Shown here one piece after another: positions 59,276 through 64,000 of a DNA stretch of 64,000 bases (the first letter of the stretch is position 1; each line of letters opens with the position of its first letter). Below the pieces are notes generated by a model. It saw only the letters and a program-made list of their open reading frames with translations, made no database searches and was not told the origin of the DNA. A program made the position numbers and the translations under genes. The stretch is taken from positions 1 through 64,000 of the IMG/VR virus record IMGVR_UViG_3300044631_002422, one strand, 5' to 3'. The DNA is from a virus.

Positions 59276-59348
59276 GACTCCTTGGCATGTCTGGGATTGC
59301 AGCAAGCTGTTAACTTGCACTAGCTCGGTTCGATTCCGAGAGGGGTCT
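59276..59348 (+). tRNA. tRNA-Asn(GUU)
   Basis: Cloverleaf, loop CT-GTT-AA. Confidence 0.85.
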
Positions 59349-59354
59349 TTATAA

Positions 59355-59428
59355 CGGAAAGTAGCTCAGTTTGGCAGAGCGCTTGCCTTGGGAGCAAGAG
59401 GCCACAGGTTCGAATCCTGTTTTTCCGA
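59355..59428 (+). tRNA. tRNA-Pro(UGG)
   Basis: Cloverleaf, loop CT-TGG-GA. Confidence 0.92.
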
Positions 59429-59430
59429 CT

Positions 59431-59566
59431 GGCATATTAGTTTAATGGGTAATTGTAGATCTTAGCTAAATCTATTTAAATTACGCATTCAAGTTTTCTA
59501 GAAACTGTAGAATGTTAAAGCGCCGTGAGTCCACGGAAGAATACGGTTCGATTCCGTAATATGCCG
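59431..59566 (+). ncRNA. tRNA-like RNA with expanded D region and no anticodon loop
   Basis: Perfect acceptor GGCATAT/ATATGCC and T arm TACGG-TTCGATT-CCGTA; CCGTG-AGTC-CACGG at the anticodon position. Confidence 0.65.
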
Positions 59567-59571
59567 CTATT

Positions 59572-59651
59572 GGAATGTATCCGAACGGTGAGGAAGCTGT
59601 TTTGAAAACAGTAGCCCGAAAGGGTTGTGGGTTCGAATCCTACACATTCCG
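59572..59651 (+). tRNA. tRNA-Ser(UGA)
   Basis: Loop TT-TGA-AA, long variable arm, G discriminator. Confidence 0.85.
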
Positions 59652-59686
59652 CTTGCAAAAAGAGATATCGTAAGATATAATACATT

Positions 59687-59776
59687 GGGAGTGAGGCTAC
59701 TGCTGGTTGTGTAGCGTCAGACTGTAAATCTGATCCTTATTAGGTAACATCGGGGGTTCAATTCCCTCTGCTCCCA
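59687..59776 (+). tRNA. tRNA-Tyr(GUA)
   Basis: Loop CT-GTA-AA, long variable arm. Confidence 0.85.
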
Positions 59777-59817
59777 CTTGGAAAAGAGGCAAATTCTTTG
59801 TAGAGGAATAACAAAAA

Positions 59818-59891
59818 GGTGCTATAGATCAATTGGTTAGATCGTCAGCCTGTCACGCTGAAGGTTACGGGTTCGAGTCCCGTTAGCATCG
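59818..59891 (+). tRNA. tRNA-Asp(GUC)
   Basis: Cloverleaf, loop CT-GTC-AC. Confidence 0.92.
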
Positions 59892-60006
59892 TTTATTAAG
59901 TTTTGGTTAATAATTGTTAACATAACCTTTTAGCATAGCCTATTTGAGTAAATTAAACTATAACACAGAATGTTAATTTAGTTTATTATGTCAAAAGGAA
60001 TGTTTA

Positions 60007-61044
60007 ATGAAAAACCGAAATGCTTTTACTTTGATTGAATTGTTGGTTGTTATTGCTATTATTGGTATTCTTGTTGGAATGCTGTTGCCAGCAATTCAAA
60101 GTGTCCGCGAAGCGGCGCGTAGAACACAATGTATGAACAATATGCGGCAGCTTGGAATAGCGGTTATGAATTACGAAAGTGCTGCTAAGTTTTTACCAGC
60201 AAGCCGCTGGGGAACCAATAGAACTATAACAAATAGTCCAATTACTGGTGTAACTTTGAATGTCCATAGTGCAAAAACTAAAGATCACTCTTGGCTTGCT
60301 CTTGTTCTTCCATACATCGAACAGGTTGGACTTGCAGACCTTTATGACGGAGGTAATAATTCTTATTGGTGGAATGGCGCTCCTACATCAAATCCATCTT
60401 CAAACAATCTATCTGTGTCAAGAACATCTGTGAATACATTTTTGTGTCCAACTTCTCCGGGAAGCAACCGTACAGATCCATATTTGATTGTTGGTGCTGC
60501 TGCCGGTGACTATAGTTCAATAAATGAAGTTAAAGAGGATTTTTACACTGTTGGTTTGGGTTTAGCTGCTACTGCTGTTCCTGCTCAACGCGCCCGCGAT
60601 GGCGTATTGGCAAAAGATGTAAGAAATCCACTGCGAGACGTTGTAGACGGAACATCAAACACTATAATGATTGGGGAAGCAAGTGGCGCTCCAGATGTTT
60701 ATATTCGTAGAAAATTAATGACACTAACTGAATACAATGTGTATATCGCTGATGGTGGTACAAAGGTTACAAACTCAATTGCTGGTCGATTTGTTTTGGT
60801 TGATGGAACTGGTTGGGCAGATCCTGATCGTGGATATTCAATCAACGGATCAAGAGCTAGTGGAGCGGCTGGTGGAAATCGCGTTATGAATTACATAAAT
60901 GCAAGCGAACCGTTTAGTTTTCATCCCGGTGGTTGTGCTTTTGTAAGAGCAGACGGCTCAACAGAATATGTTGGAGAAACTATTGCTCCAGCTGTTTTTG
61001 CAGCAAAATGCACACGCGCCGGTTCAGAAATTATACAAGAATAA
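60007..61044 (+). CDS. DUF1559 prepilin-type N-terminal cleavage/methylation protein
   Basis: [57 protein letters not shown]...ADGS (H-X9-DG). Confidence 0.93.
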   Translation: MKNRNAFTLIELLVVIAIIGILVGMLLPAIQSVREAARRTQCMNNMRQLGIAVMNYESAAKFLPASRWGTNRTITNSPITGVTLNVHSAKTKDHSWLALVLPYIEQVGLADLYDGGNNSYWWNGAPTSNPSSNNLSVSRTSVNTFLCPTSPGSNRTDPYLIVGAAAGDYSSINEVKEDFYTVGLGLAATAVPAQRARDGVLAKDVRNPLRDVVDGTSNTIMIGEASGAPDVYIRRKLMTLTEYNVYIADGGTKVTNSIAGRFVLVDGTGWADPDRGYSINGSRASGAAGGNRVMNYINASEPFSFHPGGCAFVRADGSTEYVGETIAPAVFAAKCTRAGSEIIQE

Positions 61045-61330
61045 GGGCTAGAAAGGTTTCGAATCAGTATAGAGATTTTAAATGCATCGCGTAGTTGGGA
61101 TAGAGGCTACGTTAAAACTATTCCAAAATTTTAATTGGCAAGAATACTCTTGCTCTCGCTGCCTAATAAGTAGCTAGGGTTGCCCGACACCTTACTAACC
61201 AAAGTCGGGTAATATTATATCACTCTTAGACTGACTTGTTGCGGCGGTCAGGTAAAAAATGCAGCAACTAACGATGTAGATTTTAACTTTGTAAGTATCT
61301 GATGACCCGTTTTCGATAACGGCTAGTCCA
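61045..61330 (+). ncRNA. ssrA: tmRNA
   Basis: GGGCTAG/CTAGTCC-A acceptor with G3.U; TTTCGA after the D-like loop; PK1-like pairings; tag reading frame GKNTLALAA-stop at 61137-61166. Confidence 0.9.
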
Positions 61331-61409
61331 CTGAAGTTTTTAAAAAACGAGCTTCTCTGCCATGCGTAGAGGAAGTAACAAAGCCGTCCATAGTGGCGGC
61401 TTTAGCTTT

Positions 61410-61506
61410 GGGAAAGTGATGATAAAGACGCTAAATAGAATAAAAGACAATGGTAGGCTTGCTCCTGAGTCGGAGCCTGATGCTGGTTCGAATCCAGCCT
61501 TTCCCA
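61410..61506 (+). ncRNA. tRNA-like RNA lacking canonical D and anticodon arms
   Basis: Perfect acceptor GGGAAAG/CTTTCCC-A; T arm GCTGG-TTCGAAT-CCAGC; hairpin GCTCC-TGAGTC-GGAGC. Confidence 0.6.
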
Positions 61507-61582
61507 TTTTTTTTGATCGCGATGTTGACAAGCACATTTCGTATGCTATAATAAAGGAAAGCCAAATGGGAAGGAGAAAATA

Positions 61583-61951
61583 ATGATTGAGGGAATTCCA
61601 GTTGGGTATGAACTGGTGCGGATTGGACGGCCTCTGTGCGGAGAGCAAATTCTGAGCCCAGACGGAAGGGTTGTGTTCATGAGCGGTGGAGCGTTGGACG
61701 TTAATTACGTCGTCCTTCGCAAAATCGAAAAACCCAAGACCTACAGGCCATTTGCCAATGGTGATGAGTATGCACCGCACTTTAGTAGGTTGGTTATTGA
61801 AGTGAACGATAATAATTTGACGTATCTACCAACAGCATTTGATAAAAACAAAGTGTGGCTTGGACCCGGTTTTAATGGGTGTACTTGGGACGAAGCATTC
61901 TGTGTTTTTAAATTCAAGGACAGCGGCGAGCCATTTGGTGTGGAGGAGTAG
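61583..61951 (+). CDS. Hypothetical protein, family D
   Basis: Paralog of 38237-38605; own sigma70 promoter near 61525. Confidence 0.8.
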   Translation: MIEGIPVGYELVRIGRPLCGEQILSPDGRVVFMSGGALDVNYVVLRKIEKPKTYRPFANGDEYAPHFSRLVIEVNDNNLTYLPTAFDKNKVWLGPGFNGCTWDEAFCVFKFKDSGEPFGVEE

Positions 61952-62139
61952 TGATGTTTGATTGTGAAGACGATCCGCCGTGGCTTGATTACCTAGTTTT
62001 TTTGTTTCCGCCATTCGCAATAGCAATGGCAGTTACAGCTTCGATGTTGTTTGGAGATACATTGCGAGCAAAAGTTATTCGTAAAAGCGAACCAGTTAGA
62101 GTTGAGATTGTTGACCAAGGGAAAGCGAGGGGCGAATGA
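61951..62139 (+). CDS. Small membrane protein
   Basis: One TM segment; coupled on both sides. Confidence 0.6.
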   Translation: MMFDCEDDPPWLDYLVFLFPPFAIAMAVTASMLFGDTLRAKVIRKSEPVRVEIVDQGKARGE

Positions 62140-62390
62140 ACGAGTGGAAGTCGATAACCGAAATGCCAGACAACTTTTGTGGAGATGTTTGGGTTTTCTC
62201 GCCGCACGTAAAACAACCAGAGTTGGCTCACACCTATCTAGCTGGATGGAGCAAAGACCCAAGCAAGCGTGTATTCGAGACAATCTATACAGTCCACGAC
62301 AGCGAGGGATTGAACGCTGAATACTTCAGAGACGTTTCCCATTACATGGAGGTTGTTCCTCCAGAGCCACCAATAGTGAGGGTAGAATAA
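62136..62390 (+). CDS. DUF551-like protein
   Basis: W.S..EMP...VSHYM..PPEPP pattern. Confidence 0.6.
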   Translation: MNEWKSITEMPDNFCGDVWVFSPHVKQPELAHTYLAGWSKDPSKRVFETIYTVHDSEGLNAEYFRDVSHYMEVVPPEPPIVRVE

Positions 62391-62815
62391 TGAATGAGGA
62401 ATGGTTGGCGAGTGAAATAGAGAAGTTTGAAAAGGAAAAAGCAATGAGCGAGATACAAACTGGCGAAGGTTACAGGTTAATCGACAAGGCAAAGGACACA
62501 AAGCGACCGGGAGATGAGTATTGGTCCTGTTTTGGCGACTGGGCTTTAGCGTCGAATGACGGCATGTTTCACCCCGAACACGTTTACCGTCGCCGCATCC
62601 CGGCCAAGCCGGAAGCGATGGAGATTTGGAACGCTTTTAAGGTGCAATGTGGCTACGCACCAGACCACTTTGCAATTTGGCAAGTTGGTCCACCCGATTC
62701 CGCTGGCGATGTTGTTATTGGTAATGCAGCCGAAGCCCGCCAACTAGCCGACTGGTTGACGAGGTTTGCCGAATGGCGAGAAGCACAAGGGGACAACAAT
62801 GAACGAACAAATTGA
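62390..62815 (+). CDS. Hypothetical protein, family E (start possibly at MSEIQ, 62444)
   Basis: RRRIPAKPEA.(E/D)IWNAF and ARQLADWLTR shared with 50134-50505. Confidence 0.75.
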   Translation: MNEEWLASEIEKFEKEKAMSEIQTGEGYRLIDKAKDTKRPGDEYWSCFGDWALASNDGMFHPEHVYRRRIPAKPEAMEIWNAFKVQCGYAPDHFAIWQVGPPDSAGDVVIGNAAEARQLADWLTRFAEWREAQGDNNERTN

Positions 62816-63170
62816 GCCCGGCGATGGATGGCGGTTGCTGGGACCGGATGAACCAGTATTTCCATTAGACGAACTTTACTTTGCGGAAGGTGGAAGCTGG
62901 CATCAAATGTCTCCACAGAATTTCCTTTGCAAAGCAAAGCTATGGACCGCCGTTCGCCGCAAAATCCCAGCCCTGCCAGATGTGTTAAAGATTCAGAGTG
63001 AAGGCGGGTCAATATCGCTGGAAACCATTCCTCGCGGACCTGCTTATATTATTCAGCGATGGGAAGATTCAAGGGATGAGGTTCGACTGGATACCACCGA
63101 GCAAATTCGCCAAGTAATCGCATGGCTACAACAAGTTGTTGACTGGCGAGAGCAAGGAGAACAAAAATGA
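62799..63170 (+). CDS. Hypothetical protein, family E
   Basis: GDGWRLLGPDE...AVRRKIP...DWREQG. Confidence 0.75.
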   Translation: MNEQIEPGDGWRLLGPDEPVFPLDELYFAEGGSWHQMSPQNFLCKAKLWTAVRRKIPALPDVLKIQSEGGSISLETIPRGPAYIIQRWEDSRDEVRLDTTEQIRQVIAWLQQVVDWREQGEQK

Positions 63171-63270
63171 GCTTAATATGATATTTTTTGCTGGAGTTTT
63201 GATTGGGGGCTTGACGATACTGTTTTGTATGGTATAATTGAGTTGTAACATCAACAATTTGGAGAACACA

Positions 63271-63672
63271 ATGAATCGACAAGAAATTTTCAACAAAGTT
63301 TACGATTACGCAAAGACTATGCAGGGGCCGTCATATTTTATGGAAAATGACACAAGCCCAACATGTGCATATCGCGGATGCAATGGAAACAGGTGTTTGA
63401 TTGGGGCTTTGATTCCCGATAGTCTTTATTGCAAAGAAATGGAAGCTAACGTTATTGAAAACTTGTTGGGAGAATTTCCACAGCTTGACGACTACTTTGA
63501 AGTAAAAAGTGAAGACGATGTGAGGTTTCTAGCAAGTCTTCAAATGTGTCACGATAATTCTTGTAACTTTAATAATCGTTTTGCTCCAGATAAAGTTCCA
63601 TTGGATCTTTTCAAAGAGCGATTAATGGAAAACTTGAAAGATTTTGCAGAAGCTAATAATTTGAAAGTCTAA
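63271..63672 (+). CDS. Conserved phage hypothetical protein (CAYRG..G.RC.IG.LI...LQ.CHD)
   Basis: Promoter 63211 and GGAG RBS. Confidence 0.75.
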   Translation: MNRQEIFNKVYDYAKTMQGPSYFMENDTSPTCAYRGCNGNRCLIGALIPDSLYCKEMEANVIENLLGEFPQLDDYFEVKSEDDVRFLASLQMCHDNSCNFNNRFAPDKVPLDLFKERLMENLKDFAEANNLKV

Positions 63673-63752
63673 AAAATTTTGTTTTTATTGTGGACAATCT
63701 AGTTTATCGAGATATAATATGTTGTATCAAAACGAACAACAAAGGTTTTGGG

Positions 63753-64000
63753 ATGGTTAAAAAAAAGAAACGAATTCCTCTTAAAGAATGTCCAGCTTGT
63801 CAAGCAAAAGTTCATGCAAGAAAAGCTGAATGCGAGGAATGTGGACATTGTTTTTACGAAAAGAAAAGTAAACTTGTTACTGATTGGACAAAATTAAAAA
63901 TTGGTGATATAGTTAGATCACTGTATGGAAATGGACCTTATTGGGAAGATCCAGTTAGTAAAGAAAAACTGTACATGGGTTCGTATGGAAAGTTTGCTGT
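63753..64000 (+). CDS. Zinc-ribbon protein (3'-truncated)
   Basis: MVKKKKRIPLKECPAC...CEECGH; frame open to the window end. Confidence 0.6.
   Translation, partial: MVKKKKRIPLKECPACQAKVHARKAECEECGHCFYEKKSKLVTDWTKLKIGDIVRSLYGNGPYWEDPVSKEKLYMGSYGKFA

Noticed and set aside
61340-61780. ORFs 61340-61780 (-) and 61362-61583 (+)
   Set aside because: They overlap a tRNA-like element, a promoter and a better-supported gene
1-64000. Stop-codon recoding (alternative genetic code)
   Set aside because: Long genes are intact in the standard code, all three stops end genes, and no suppressor tRNA was found

Overview
A 64-kb slice of a large tailed dsDNA phage (Caudoviricetes). The host is probably a member of Planctomycetota, inferred mainly from a DUF1559 prepilin-like gene. 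Positions 1-25.9 kb (minus strand) hold the virion and packaging module: two giant repetitive fibre-like proteins, major capsid, decoration protein, protease/scaffold, portal, large terminase, ClpP-like protease, ERCC4 and HNH nucleases, Gmd and a sigma factor. From about 26.8 to 43.6 kb (plus strand) is an early-type region of tiny ORFs behind about 20 near-consensus sigma70 promoters. It also carries GP88, an amidoligase/GATase pair and DUF932. Twelve copies of a composite element punctuate this region: TGTACA boxes, a GC-rich box and a 29-bp palindrome whose 9-bp asymmetric core occurs in both orientations. Five copies also carry an antisense sigma54-type promoter at fixed spacing. From 44 to 64 kb are auxiliary genes (thioredoxin, YopX, endonuclease VII, GGCT, DUF3445, UvsE, nucleotide-sugar dehydrogenase, GuaC, glycosyltransferase), a tRNA cluster, a tmRNA and several tRNA-like RNAs without a normal anticodon loop. 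A tRNA-Leu(UAA) there is split by a group I intron that contains three tandem T-arm hairpins. All family calls come from motif recognition by eye; no database search was run.
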